Positions 1 through 12,224 of a stretch of DNA of 64,000 nucleotides are shown here, in pieces. The translations under genes and the position numbers were made by a program. Under the pieces are notes generated by a model, which was given only the letters and a program-made list of their open reading frames with translations, was not told the DNA's origin and did not search any database. The stretch is taken from the NCBI GenBank assembly GCA_965637545.1, contig OZ281494.1:14818001-14882000 (forward strand), written 5' to 3'. This DNA is from Phallusia mammillata (lineage: Eukaryota). How positions within the stretch are numbered: the stretch's first letter is position 1; every line of letters starts with the position of its first letter.

Positions 1-2
1 GC

Positions 3-493
3 CGTTCGTTTTCTCAGCTCGTAAACGAAACTTTAATTTCACTTACTAAAACAGCAAAGTTGTATCATCATGATAACAAGACGTTTGGAAAATACTTGAA
101 CGCGTTAAGGTTTGATTCAAAGAAAATGGATCACACTATCATATCAAGGGTGTGTATGTATATGACGTGGCGAAGTATTTTTCGTCGTATGATCGCGAAA
201 ACACTCTGTTCGTAACTGGCAAAGAGCTAGGTTACGAGCCGGCCAAAGTAATGCTAAAAATTCAACAGTTTATCGGTTTGCCTTTGCTAATCAAACGTTC
301 AAACTTTTTATTGGACAATCCTACTGGTTTTTATTGCTTGTTGTTACGCAATCGAAAATACTGTTTGGGTGAAGACAAAAATGGAACAACGGGTGCTGTT
401 TTTGTGCAGTATTTTTTCGTTTTTTGTTGCTACTTTTTGTGTTGTTTTGTGATTGCAGTTTCATTTTTAGAAATTACATCTCGCAAGAACTAA
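3..493 (+). pseudogene. C-terminal exon of heparan sulfate 3-O-sulfotransferase-like paralog A, frameshifted and apparently C-terminally truncated
   Basis: Frame 3 from nt 3 (RSFSQLVNE...TFGKYLNALRFDS...TIISR) and frame 2 from nt 152 (VYVYDVAKY...LFVTGKEL...PAKVMLKIQQF...GFYC...YCLGEDK) are collinear with paralog B (2765-3289); a G run at 148-150 is one base short; the terminal FYKPYN...W helix is missing. Confidence 0.75.
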
Positions 494-846
494 CTTATGT
501 CTTGTTTGTCGAATTTCTAATACACGGAAGTATTTATAATTGTTATGACGGAACGACACAAAAGGCAAAGCGATTTAACCGTAAACCCTCTGTTTTAAAC
601 AAACGTACTTTTAACTTAAAACTGTTTATTAAAGTTTGTATTTTTATGCACCAGCAATGCATACAGAACGCAGTAAGTATCAAATATGATTTATTTGTCG
701 ACGTATTCAACTTGCGGTTGTCCTATTCCCGTGTGACAGAAAACGTACTGTAATAACGCAACATCCCGAAAGGAAATATTTTGTTGTTTAAAAAAGCAAT
801 AGTATGTCACTCGCTTTGCTACTGCAACAAAAGCAATTCAACAACA

Positions 847-3289
847 ATGGGTAAACGGGTTGCTTTGGTCATTGTATTTACTGCAATGGTTGTATTTCTT
901 TTTGTGAATAACTATTTGGTTTGGAGGAATAATGCAAATTTTAGAGCTAGTGCCATTAAAAAACAACTTAGCAATACTAGAACCGAAGTTGCAGTGACAA
1001 ACACATCAGCGACAGAAACTCTTCAGACTCAGCCGAAATTTCAAAATGTTAGCAAGCAAGAGAAAATATCCTCTGCAGGATATGTAAGACACGTTGACCT
1101 GCAACAAAAACTGGCTGGAAAACTGAAGATTCTACGAGAAGAAACAAAACAACAAGCAGCAGCCAGCAAAAGCAAGGGAATTGTGGTAGAGCAATGATTT
1201 CTTTGTTAACTTGAACTGTAATTCAGTAAACGTGTGAAATAAGGTAAGCCAATGGTTCCAAACCGGGTATAGGAATGCATTTTTAATTTGTCTGTTGTAA
1301 ACAGCTCTGGCAATATAACCTGTGAAGTTGATAAAAGACGCGATTTTGATCGTCGTATGGTTTAGCTTTTAGCATCTGCTATGTGGTCTATCGGGCAGGG
1401 TCGGCAACCTTTTTTGTACTGCGGACCATTTTTGAAACTGAAAGTTTATCGCGGACCGGCCTTCAAACATCTACAAATATTTAGAAATGAAAACGCCTAA
1501 ATTAGTTTATTATCCCCGGGATAAATTGGTAAACTGTTTTGAAGCATTTAACCTGAAAAAGTACGGTCCGGTAACGGACTCCTCGCGGACCGACACCGGG
1601 CGCGGACCGGCAGTTGCCGACCACTAAGAAACCCGTCCTTAAAGGTTGGAAACCACTCGTGTAAGCCGACGATAATGATACAAATGAAAGACAGGATCTA
1701 ATATTGTGCAATAAATTTCAATGAAACAATAAACGAATTTCAATGAAAAAAAAGTTTTGTGACAACAAACTACTTTTTCAGTTATCTAATCACCTGTTCG
1801 TTTATATATTCTTAGCTTGCCTTGATATGTGTCAAAAAATGTGGCTCTGGCTTTATGAAACTTATTGTTCGCCACCATCAAGCTATTCATCTCATTGAAA
1901 ATCAGGCACCCAATGGCTGCATGGATATTCCAACCTTACGGTAACATAAAACATAGAAGTGGTTTAAACAACCATTTAATTTTATTTTTTACCATTGTAC
2001 AAGTTGCGTTGCAAATGTTTTGATAAGCCAAATATAGTTAATTCTTTTTTGATGGGATTCTTTATTAAAGCTAAAATATTGTCAAACAACCCTGTATTGT
2101 ATTGAATACATGTATTGTGAGACTAAAACATGCACTGATTTTTTTACATAAATTTGTAATAGAAACGCCATAAGAGAAGCCAAGCAAAAATATCCAAACA
2201 AGGTTATTGCGATTTCACACCACAGTTGTACAACAGCGCCTGAAACTTTCAACAAAATGGGAGACGAAAAGCCAGATAAGTTGTTGTTTCTATTGTGCAA
2301 TCCTGTGCGAAGGGCTTTCTCTGATTTTCACAACTTTATCTTTCAACGTTGGGTACGTTTGTTGTTGACAGTAAACTATGAAGGTAATATCGATTAAAAA
2401 TTACGGAGGAACCTTATGTGACAATAAATGCAAAAGGTTCCCCAATTTCTGTTCGTTTGTTGTGGGAAACAACTTTCCATAGACGTTTCAACATGGATTC
2501 TATCTGAGCAAACATAAACGGCTTTTACCTAGAAAAATATAATTAACTTTTAACACTTGCTTTGTCAACACGCTTTTTGGTGTACAGTTATGCAATAACG
2601 TTGCATGCAGTCGCTTTAAGCCCGAAAGTTATATTAAACGATGTAAAATTATAACAAAAGTGTGACCAAGTGTAAAGGCATGCCCAAACAGTCTTATAAC
2701 TAAACATGTCTTTGTTGTCGTTGTTTTTTGACGTTTACGGTCAGCGCATCACTTGCTTTTACAGTTTGAATCCCTACAAAATCGATCGTTTTCACAAATT
2801 GTGGAACACTCCATCACACAACTCACAGCAGCTGCGGAGAAGCCAATCTACCAACGAGATGAACGGACGTTTGGAAAATACTTGGACGAACTTCGATTCG
2901 ACTCAATCAAATTTGATCAGACAATCGTTTCTCGTGGGATCTATGCGTACGACTTGACTCAATTTCTCGCGTCATATTCCCGCAAACATGTACTTTTTGT
3001 TACGGGCAAGGAACTGATACAAAATCCTGCTAAGGTTATGCTAAAAATTCAAAAGTTTGTGAACCTCACTGTGACAATGGACGGCTCAAATTTTGTTTTC
3101 AACAAGCAAACAGGTTTTTACTGTCCCAAGGTCAACGGCCAGCGGTATTGCTTACGGGCGCTGAAAAGCAGAACCACTGGGGAAGGGAAACCCACCCCCG
3201 ACCCCATATCAGTGAAAAAACTTAAAGCGTTTTACAAACCGTACAATGAGAAACTTACTGAATTGCTTGGGCACAAAATTCGTTGGTAA
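847..3289 (+). CDS. Divergent heparan sulfate glucosamine 3-O-sulfotransferase-like type II membrane protein (paralog B), multi-exon
   Basis: ATG 847 with signal anchor (RVALVIVFTAMVVFLFV) and stem. Phase-compatible exons 1816-1940 (ICVKKCGSG, 5'-PSB-like), 2163-2352 (KLLFLLCNPVRRAFSDF, 3'-PB-like) and 2765-3289 (GIY...GFYC...CLRALKSR...FYKPYNEKL). The join from stem to catalytic exons is unresolved. Confidence 0.75.
1396..1626. mobile_element. hAT/Charlie-like MITE in a sulfotransferase intron
   Basis: Imperfect TIRs CAGGGTCGGCAAC...GTTGCCGACCACT and repeated GCGGACC/GGTCCG subterminal motifs; no clear TSD. Confidence 0.55.
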
Positions 3290-3823
3290 TAAATATTCCA
3301 CATTAACGTCCAATGCGCTTTGTCGTATAAAATGATTGTCCAACCATAACGTTCTCGGTTTACTAAATTAAAATCGCTTTATTTTAAAATAGCTCTAACA
3401 TGCAAATAGGAGCTTAATTGACAACGTGTTGTTTTTACATTTCATTTATTTCAATAAAAAACGATTACGTGTATGATTGTGTATGAAAGGTAAACATAAT
3501 AGAAAGAAGTAAAGGATACATCAGCGTTACCCAACCAAAGTTTATACGTCTGGTATAGCATCCTTATGGGAAAACTAAGTCTTGAAGTCAAAAATTAAAT
3601 AGCATCGAAATTGGCAAAGTTGCCAACTGATCACACAAAAATACATGTTGACGAAAGGTGGACTTGCGGTGTTGACGAAAGGTGGGCTGAAATGTTCATT
3701 GGAAAAAGATTTTCATCTTATTTGCGTTTTGCTAGAAAAGTTTTCTCGGTATTCCATCATCACGTTGTGCTAAAAAAGTACATTTTTTAAATAACAGTTT
3801 TTCTCACTACATATAAGCATATG

Positions 3824-4007
3824 CCGTGGTGGGATTCAGCCGGTTCGCACCGGTTCTACAGAACCGTCTCACGAAATTTTATGAGATCTGCGAACCGGTT
3901 AGCATTACTGCATGGTTACTGTCAATGGACTTTTTGTAACAGAATCGGCTGAGAAATACGACTTCTGCGATTGAACCGGCTGACAACAAATTTGAATCCC
4001 ACCACTG
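3824..4007. mobile_element. hAT-superfamily MITE
   Basis: 15-bp TIRs C(C/A)GTGGTGGGATTCA / TGAATCCCACCACTG; exact 8-bp TSD AGCATATG at 3816-3823 and 4008-4015. Confidence 0.9.
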
Positions 4008-4092
4008 AGCATATGCATCAACTAATTGCTGCCGATAAGAGCATACACAACACGCCTGAGTAATTTACAAAAGCAAACATAAATTATAAGAA

Positions 4093-5596
4093 CTAACGTG
4101 GGGATGGTTGTGCAAAAAGGTTGCGAAGTTGAAAGGGGGAACCCTGTAGTGATCCATGGATAGTTGATCTGTCGACAGGAATAGTCTTGCTTCGGGGTGA
4201 AGAGCCTGGAAGGCAACAACATTTGAACTTGTTTTTTCTTAGTCTGAGTCGTACCGATACATTTAAAAAAAACTGCACAGCAAGTAAGCCACCATTTTTG
4301 ATTGACCACCACAAAATCACAAGTCTTACCACAGGAAATCATAAAATCGTCTGTGTTTTGATGAGAAAGCTTCCTTTTTGTGTGCATAAAATCTCGGCTA
4401 CTTTCGCCTGGTTGTTTCGTTTCAAACAAAGAAAAATCGGAATGTGTTCTTTGCATATTGATGCGTTTCGCTTCACTGTACGACATTTTCGCTTTCTGCA
4501 GTTCCCGGTTTTTGTCCATTAGCACAGCGTTTACCTAAACCATATGGTATGTTAGTTGAGGTTTAAGCGACCTCACTTGATGAAATTGTCATATAAACCA
4601 GTTCGTTTGCAAAGGTGCCTGATATTTTACATATAACCTGGACCTTGGATTATTCCAGCCAAGATAACAGAGACTCATTCACAAGGTGGCCTTCATTTTT
4701 TTCTGGTTGTTTAAGCAGTTGGGGGGTAACTTTATTCCAAAAACGAATGACACAATTAATGGGCTGTGTACACATTTGGACAAGTTGAATGGACTTAGGT
4801 TATCACCTACATTGTACCATAAACACGTCCTAGGCTTGAACTCAAGAAAGGATGCCTAGTTTGTACATTTTGACTTCATTTGGGGCAACAGTAACCAAAC
4901 CTCGTCGTATTGCTTTTTGGATGCAGTAAGCTCGGATTTCAATTTGCGGATTTCATGGCACATTGTCTTCATTTCCACTTGAAATCCCGAAGTCATTTTG
5001 TTGTAAGCATGCTGAAGCTTTGCAAATTTTTCGGCAGATTTTTTCACCACATACTCCTAAAAATGCACACAAGGCTTATATTTATGGACTGCATTACAAA
5101 CAGCAGCAGCTAAACTGTACCTTGTACAACGACTCTTGTTGATTCTGAAAATGCCAAAATGTGATTGCCCGGGAGCAAATGTCCAGAATAACGTCGGGTC
5201 GTTGCCCACAAAGGACCATTGATTTGTAGGATTCGGATGGGTTAAGATCGATGCAAACAATATCCAGTTTCTCTTGCAATAGATGTTCGCAAACTGGACA
5301 TTTCTTTTCATGAACTAAACCAAAACAGGTACATATTTGACAATAGCTCATTTTGCACTGCATTAAATCCGATTTGGAAAATAAACTAAAGAGGTAGAAA
5401 CTGAAAGGAAGTTTAAGCGTCTTTCTTTTATTATGAGACAAGAGACAACCTTATTATATTTGGGAAATGGCACATTACCTAATAACTTTTCTCCATCGTC
5501 ATTACAAAACAAATGGGAACAAGATGTTACCCATGCTCTACCAGTGTGTAACTGCTTTCGACACTTTTTGATGTTGCACAATAAATTTCCTTCCAT
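4093..5596 (-). CDS. CCNB1IP1: E3 ubiquitin ligase CCNB1IP1/HEI10 (meiotic crossover RING protein), 5 coding exons
   Basis: Exons 5596-5479, 5314-5121, 5056-4901, 4534-4330, 4205-4093 with GT-AG and matching phases. Translation LLCNIKKCRKQL...AWVTSCSHLFC...CPVC...KLDIV...LNPSESYKSMVLCGQRPDVILDICSRAITFW...LMDKNRELQK matches the HEI10 RING plus coiled coil. Confidence 0.93.
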
Positions 5597-6855
5597 TTTT
5601 TCCTAATTGCAATTATCCCTGACCTTAATGTAATGCATAAACAATCAAAAACACAATGTTACCTAGATTCCTAGAAAGACCTACTAAAACTTTTAACAAT
5701 TTAAACATACTCGGTTATGACGTCATAGTTGTGCAAGTTTTTACACATAGAACTGTTTTTTTTATCTCTATAGGGGACCTAATAATTGCAAAAATGTTGC
5801 GCAAAATACATACTAATATTTGAGTTGATTAATTATTATGTAAAGTATTGTTATCCAACAACAGTAACACGTTCACTTCCAATGCTTATGGGTGGAAAGC
5901 GTCAAAATCACTCACGAGATTTCTCTCTGAATTGTGTAAGTTTGATGTCGCGATATAGGTATACAGGAAGATGGACGAAAAAACACTTGTGACTAGATTT
6001 CACTACTTCGCGCCTGGTAGTAATCAATCAAGTCACATAAATCACAACGCCCAAGACGCACCAAAACAAACTAGGGCTTCATTGCGACTCGAACGAATTC
6101 AATGATTTACCAAACCACACAGTGGCAACACGCCTTGCACAGATTTGGCTTTTGGACTGAGCTTTAAATTCAGCAAGTCTAGGCTTGACCCAGACCAGCA
6201 AAACTGTGCTGCGTACACAATGGACCGAATTTCATCTTGTGTATGTGGCGAGTGTTTGATAACTGGGAATGCTTCTGAAAGGCCAGCTATGTGAGTGGAT
6301 ACAATATCTGAATGCTTGACTATTGTAGTGTAAGTAGCTCGTGCCACCCTGTGTCGAGGACGCTCGACTTGTTTACGTTTAAAGCGTATCTGCTTTCAAT
6401 AATTTCAGTGTCGCTTTAAAGTTTGTTGTGCGCAGACAGAATAACAAGCTGTACAGGTGTGGTGACATCGGATCGCTTGTACTGTATCAAACTGACTAAA
6501 AGTTATTTCTGTTGTCATTTCAAAGCAATTACCACCATAGCTATAAATATTTAATGGCGTTTAGTTTAATAGCTGGACGATTTTTATGCTTTTGTGTTGT
6601 CATTAAATACTATGTTATTGGGTTATTGAGGCTATATTGGTTTTGGTATTTAATGTACAACGCATTAAGGGTCGTCTTGTAAATTACCAAGCGCTATCAT
6701 AGGTATTTTGACCAGTATGTGCAGCAGTGATTTGTTTGTGTTTGAATTAAACTGGCATGTTTGTTTTGTGGTATAGGAAGGTTGTATGGTTTTAGTTAAC
6801 AACTGAAAGCGTGTCGTACGACCGCAGGGCGGTGCTTACTGTATCTTTGTCAACT

Positions 6856-7227
6856 ATGTCTATTCGAAAGTCACAAGTAAGTGTCAAGGCTCGAATGCAC
6901 CAGTTGGAGAGTGCAGCAGCCAGTGCTGATCATGTATCAAGTCACCCTGAACTGCTTAGACAACGACAGAAAATTGCTTCTACAAGCTCAAGCGTACACG
7001 AAACAGAGAGTGATACCAGCGACGATGAAGCGTTCCAGTTTCGAGAGCTTGTTCGAGTAAGTTTGTCAAGTCGTAACAAATCTGCTTTTACCGCGATTTA
7101 CGAGCGGTCCGTCCCATATAACGCAAACAACTTAAGACGACGTAACACAAATTTTCTACTAATGTGTATTGGTATATTGATAATATTTTTCTCGCCTTGG
7201 GAACTGTTTTTACCACGGCGCCCTTGA
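6856..7227 (+). CDS. Orphan 123-aa putative tail-anchored membrane protein
   Basis: Single ORF from ATG 6856: Ser/acidic core (ETESDTSDDE), basic RRR, C-terminal hydrophobic helix FLLMCIGILIIFFSPW and basic tail PRRP; no family recognised. Confidence 0.5.
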   Translation: MSIRKSQVSVKARMHQLESAAASADHVSSHPELLRQRQKIASTSSSVHETESDTSDDEAFQFRELVRVSLSSRNKSAFTAIYERSVPYNANNLRRRNTNFLLMCIGILIIFFSPWELFLPRRP

Positions 7228-7582
7228 TTATAAGCCGATTGTTGGGTTATTAAAAAATAATGCATGCCGCCCTCGATTGTAAGCCACATACTTTGATGTT
7301 ACCAGTGTTTCGTAATACTTCTTTCTGTTGTAATGTTTTAAAACTATTTACCCATATTTGTTTGTCACGCAAATAACTGTACCCGCAATATACTTATGTA
7401 GTATAAATACTACATGCAAAAGAATTTTAAACCTGAAATGAAGCACTTATGTAGAAATTATATCGGTGTGAAACTAAATTGTAAGCCGCACAAACTGCAG
7501 GATAAAAAATAGCTTTAAAAGCCACGGCCTACAATCAAATAAATACGGTAACCACATTAAACTGCATTTAAAGGCGTTAGCG

Positions 7583-7915
7583 ATGGACAGTGGAGCAACC
7601 GGCAAAGGCGATGAGGAATCAGAACTCGACGCACTTCGCGAGACTTTCAAAATATTAGACTGCGACGAGGATGGATATATTACGTTGTCAGACCTCCGCG
7701 AATCGATGAACAATACTGAATCAGACTCGGACGAAGATGAGAGCACTCGACTAGGCGATGAGGATTTGGTTGAGATGATAGCAGCCGCTGATGAAAAGGG
7801 CGACGGTCGCATCAGCTTCGAGAGCTTTGTTAAAATGGTCGAGCCCCGAAAAACCAAAAGCTCTCGAGACAAACGAAAAAAGTCCGCGGTCAAGGGCACC
7901 GACAAGAGGTCGTGA
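7583..7915 (+). CDS. Intronless two-EF-hand calmodulin/centrin-like protein
   Basis: LRETFKILDCDEDGYITLSDL (EF1) and LVEMIAAADEKGDGRISFESFVKM (EF2), acidic linker, Lys/Arg-rich tail. Confidence 0.85.
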   Translation: MDSGATGKGDEESELDALRETFKILDCDEDGYITLSDLRESMNNTESDSDEDESTRLGDEDLVEMIAAADEKGDGRISFESFVKMVEPRKTKSSRDKRKKSAVKGTDKRS

Positions 7916-9369
7916 AAAGAGGCGACCCGTGAAATAAGTTTTGAATGGCAGCTAATTTAAAGAGCTAGGGAAATTATAAACCAATCACAACACTGCGTCG
8001 CTGTCTTTATTTTGGCAAAATACAACCACAAGTCGTGCTAACATTAAGACAAGATAATTTATTTTCAAATGTAAACTTATTAGTGCCACCTTTTGCCAGC
8101 TCTTAGATATATCACGTGCAATGTGTATTTGTATTACCCTCACACTTGAGAAAACGCTGATTCGCTTTTGTTCCGCAAAGAAAATATCTGTGTCGTTACT
8201 AAATGTAAATAGTATCGAAATCCTTATTTGAGTGTGTAATACCATACTAATTGTCCAATTTATTGATTTTGTATAATCCTTAGCCTATTTGTATTCACGA
8301 GAGCACAATCGGCCCTTCTGCGAAGTCTGAAACAGAATTTGCAATGTCAGACAAAAGGCACAATACCATGAACATTTTTTTCAAGTAATCACTGTAAAAT
8401 GTCTTGTACTTTACCTTACTTCACTAATAAGAACGTATTTTAACATTGTCTGTATTTTTGTGTCTTTTGCTGCCGCGTAGTTGAGTGAAAATAAACTGAC
8501 ATCACGGCAAACTGCTGGGAAGAAAAACTGGAAGCAAATTAAATTCAGCGAATTTATGACTTCTTGCCTAAACTTGTGATGAGTTTGAGAACTTACAGTC
8601 TGACTATAGCTCTGAGTATAAGCACAACCATCATATATCCGAAAGAACATATCATCATCCAAAACTTCATTAATGGCGCAACGCACGAAACAAAATTACA
8701 AAATGCGGCGTACTGTTTACACTTCAGTGCAATGCAACTTAAAGGCAAAACCGTTAATACTATTGATTACAAACCGAGAAAATATACAAGTGGCGGCAAA
8801 GGACAGTGGCTGAGTTTGAAGAACTGATCACTGTCAGGATGGAAAAAGCTGACGGATAAAGTGCGTGGGCGTGGCGGTCAACGTCACACAATCGTGACCC
8901 GCACAATTTAACTCATAGGAGGTGAAATACGATTATTAAACCGAACACCTGTTGGGAAGCATGACCAATGTGCCTCCGCACTGCAGCACTTTAAAATAGG
9001 CAAGAATACGCAATTCTATGCTGAATCGCAATAAAGACAGAACATGGTAGTGGGTAATCCGGCTCAAGTTTAATTTTGAAATTACTTTTTACATTCCTTA
9101 ATCGTTGACCCGTTGGATAAATACGAAATACAACCATTTAAAGACTACAAAGTTCCCAGTGGATGTAAATAGGGCTAGTTCGCCCAAAATGGTCTCTAGT
9201 CTACCCCATCTTGTCACAATACAGCTAATATAAATATTGATGTGTAGATCGACAATGCACCGCACTGGGTGGAAAAAATAACGTGTTTCAAGGTAGAGAA
9301 TCCTTGCAAATGCTGGAGCGATATTGGCACCGCAGAATCAACATTTCCTATTGACTACTCAACCAATGT

Positions 9370-11947
9370 TTACAAGTTGACCAGGTTGAATAAACCAACA
9401 GGTTCGGAACGACACGCCCGCAACTTTACCCTTTCCAGGGCCCCAGAGCTGCTGAAATCGAGGGATGGGGTGTCAGCATCATCAAGGTATCTTGAACCGA
9501 GTTCGGTTGCTCGGCCAGTCGAGACCGAAGTCAGTTTGAAGTCTTGTAGACAACCGGCGAAACCTGACGTGTATAGACCAGCTGTAGCGTATCTTACATC
9601 GGGTGCTCCACCTAGAAATGAAAGGGGTTTAAAAAGGGGATAAGAAATAAAACTCATCCAGTTCCCCCCAAAATAACACTAGAAGTTACATTACCAGGAA
9701 ATAGCATACTTAATAATGATTCTTGGTGTTGCAAAGTTTAATTTTATGCTTGAATCAATTGACGAAAATGACTTTTTGACTTGGCCAACATTTCATTATT
9801 GATCCAAGCATATGCAGACTGCCCAGAAATGTAATCGGGCCACTGACAAATGCACAACGATTCAAACTTCCACTCACCCACATAAACCCGGCCTGGGGTA
9901 TTGGCATCGTTGTGGGTCGACGCTGATTGGACCGCTGTGGGTGCCACGTGATCGTCGATCCACATCAGAGCCAGAGAGCCACGCCTGACTATTGTCGCCT
10001 TGTGCCATAAACCGTCGACGACTGGAAAGGTGCTTGTTGCGCTGCTACGTCCGCCGCCAAGGTCGAAACTGTACACAAGGTAGGACGCCTGAAGACCGAC
10101 GGAAATAAAATCCCCGTTCCGCCGCCGACCGTTGCTCGTGGATGAAGCCCGACGACCTTCCAAGTCCTTGTGGATAATGACAGATATACATTTAAGTATG
10201 GGTCATTGTGTACGGATTTTACGAATAAATTTGATTGTTTTGTACAAGAAAGTACCACATTTTGCATGGGAAAATGCAACAATCAAACTTTAAAAGAAAG
10301 ATGTGTGACAAAGCGCTCGAGCACGTGGCCCAATGGCATTAGCACTTGCCCGGGCCTTCAACACATGGATACCCGAAAGTAGAAATAATCGCGTCTGCGT
10401 GCAGTTAGCCTTTCTTATTTAACTTCGTGACTAGGATCAATCTGTTAAATTTTGCCTTTTATACATAATAGTCCACTATATCTTTACTCTTATCTTTAAA
10501 TCACAAATAAAGGTTATAACTATCATACATGTATGACCTCTCCATGGAAGAAAATCAGGCCTTCGGGGTTGGTTGCATGAAAACGGAAGCTGATCTGTTC
10601 AGCTGCACCGTCATGAAGGAAAGTGCTTGGGTGGAATGAGGCATAAGAACTGCGAACAAAACGCGCGGAAGGGCGACTTCGTGCAAGGAACATCCCACTT
10701 GGTTGCATATCTGTGAAAAGAGTTTGTTGGAAGTTGAGGGCAGAGTCAAGCATACAAAGATTTAGGGCTTTAAATGTTGATATATTCCTGTATTACAAAG
10801 TGGAAATGTTTACAGTAAGTATTGTAAAGTACAAGATTTAACTTTAAGTCGGTTATTTAGGTACGGGTAGGTAAAACGTGTAATGTATTTTTAGTCTAGC
10901 TATTCTGTTTCAAACAGTTGTACACGTTAACACTAACCCGACAAAATGTCGTTGTTTTCGGCCACAACTTCCTCCGTACAAACGCCAATGTTTTTCTTTG
11001 CGAACTTTTTACCGAAAGCCAAGTTTTTCTTATTGATCTTCAGCTGTGAAAAAAACACATGCCATGAGTTTACAGTTGAGCCAATCAGAATCTGACACGT
11101 AACAATCACTCACCTGTGACACGCATCCGTCAAATCCATCACGAACGTAAACTTTATCTGCAATGCCTTCCCAGAACTTAACGCCGCCAATAAACATGGG
11201 TCCAGTGACCCCCAGGAGACCGAAACCGGACGCCTTAGCACGGGCCACGACACGTCCATCAACTTCGACCTTTCCCTTGCCTCTACGACGAATTGCTCTG
11301 ATCACGTGCCAAGTCCCAACCCCGATTACTGAGGCTGGAGTTCTGATAATTGCAGTGTCTGTAATATAGACAAATGTTTAAAGATTAAGCTTTGAAGTTT
11401 TGTTTTAGTTCGACTGATGGTAAAATTGGTAAAACCACCTTGTAAAAAATGAGTTCATGAAAACCGATTTTTACAACGAGCAAATAATTTGTTGAGGGAG
11501 GAATAAAAAGACGTAGGTGTATGATCTTAGCGGTAAAAACAAAATACTGGTGTTTTAACATTGTAGTTTTTCAGACAAAAAAGTGAGTATTTTGTAGTTT
11601 CACAGTGGTTGAAAGAACTTGATAAATATATAACCACATTATTTGTTCATTATTTACTATGTTTGTACTTTCGAAGACCAAAGTGGTCAAAACCTCAAAT
11701 CACGGAAAATGGAAAAGTTACTTAATCATAACAAGTTACCTGTTCCCCAAGAAAACCGAAATTCTATAGCGTTGTCGCGGATCGCCAGCGACACGAAGTG
11801 GTAGTTTGAAAACTGATCATTTCCATTACTTTCGTCTCTGTTAAATAACAGGAGACCGTTGGATCTTGAATTTCTTCTGATCCTCATCGTGATGTCGGTG
11901 CGTTGTGGCAAAGATGCACGGACCGATTTCGACATCATGTACGATTC
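9370..11947 (-). pseudogene. HSPG2: Duplicated copy of the last six perlecan exons (LG2-LG3 and stop)
   Basis: Copy of 14748-17325 at offset 5378; lies downstream of the first perlecan stop in gene orientation. Confidence 0.85.
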
Positions 11948-12224
11948 CTGCAATAATGAAAATAGAAAAAATAATGATGTTTGTTTCCATTTTATTTTGT
12001 TTTGTTTCGGTCAATGCTTATCCTCAACCCCAACTGGTGTGTCAAACCGACCACTAAATAGTCAAATATAGGACGAAGTAATATCGTTGGATTGTTTAAC
12101 CGTGATGGTAAAGCATCGCGAAAGACCAAAAACCTTTTTAAGTACAAAGAAGTTATACAAACATCCAGCCAACAAGCAAATTTACGATGCGTGGAGAAAG
12201 AGATAGTGTTGATACACACACAAG

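Noticed and set aside
1123-1150. CTGAAGA-TTCT acg AGAA-GAAA hammerhead-like core
   Set aside because: Lies in coding sequence and cannot form stem I or stem III with a cleavage triplet; chance match
7000-7050. FFAT motif or phospholamban homology in the orphan protein
   Set aside because: Acidic tract is present but the EFFDAxE core is not matched; TM similarity is only compositional
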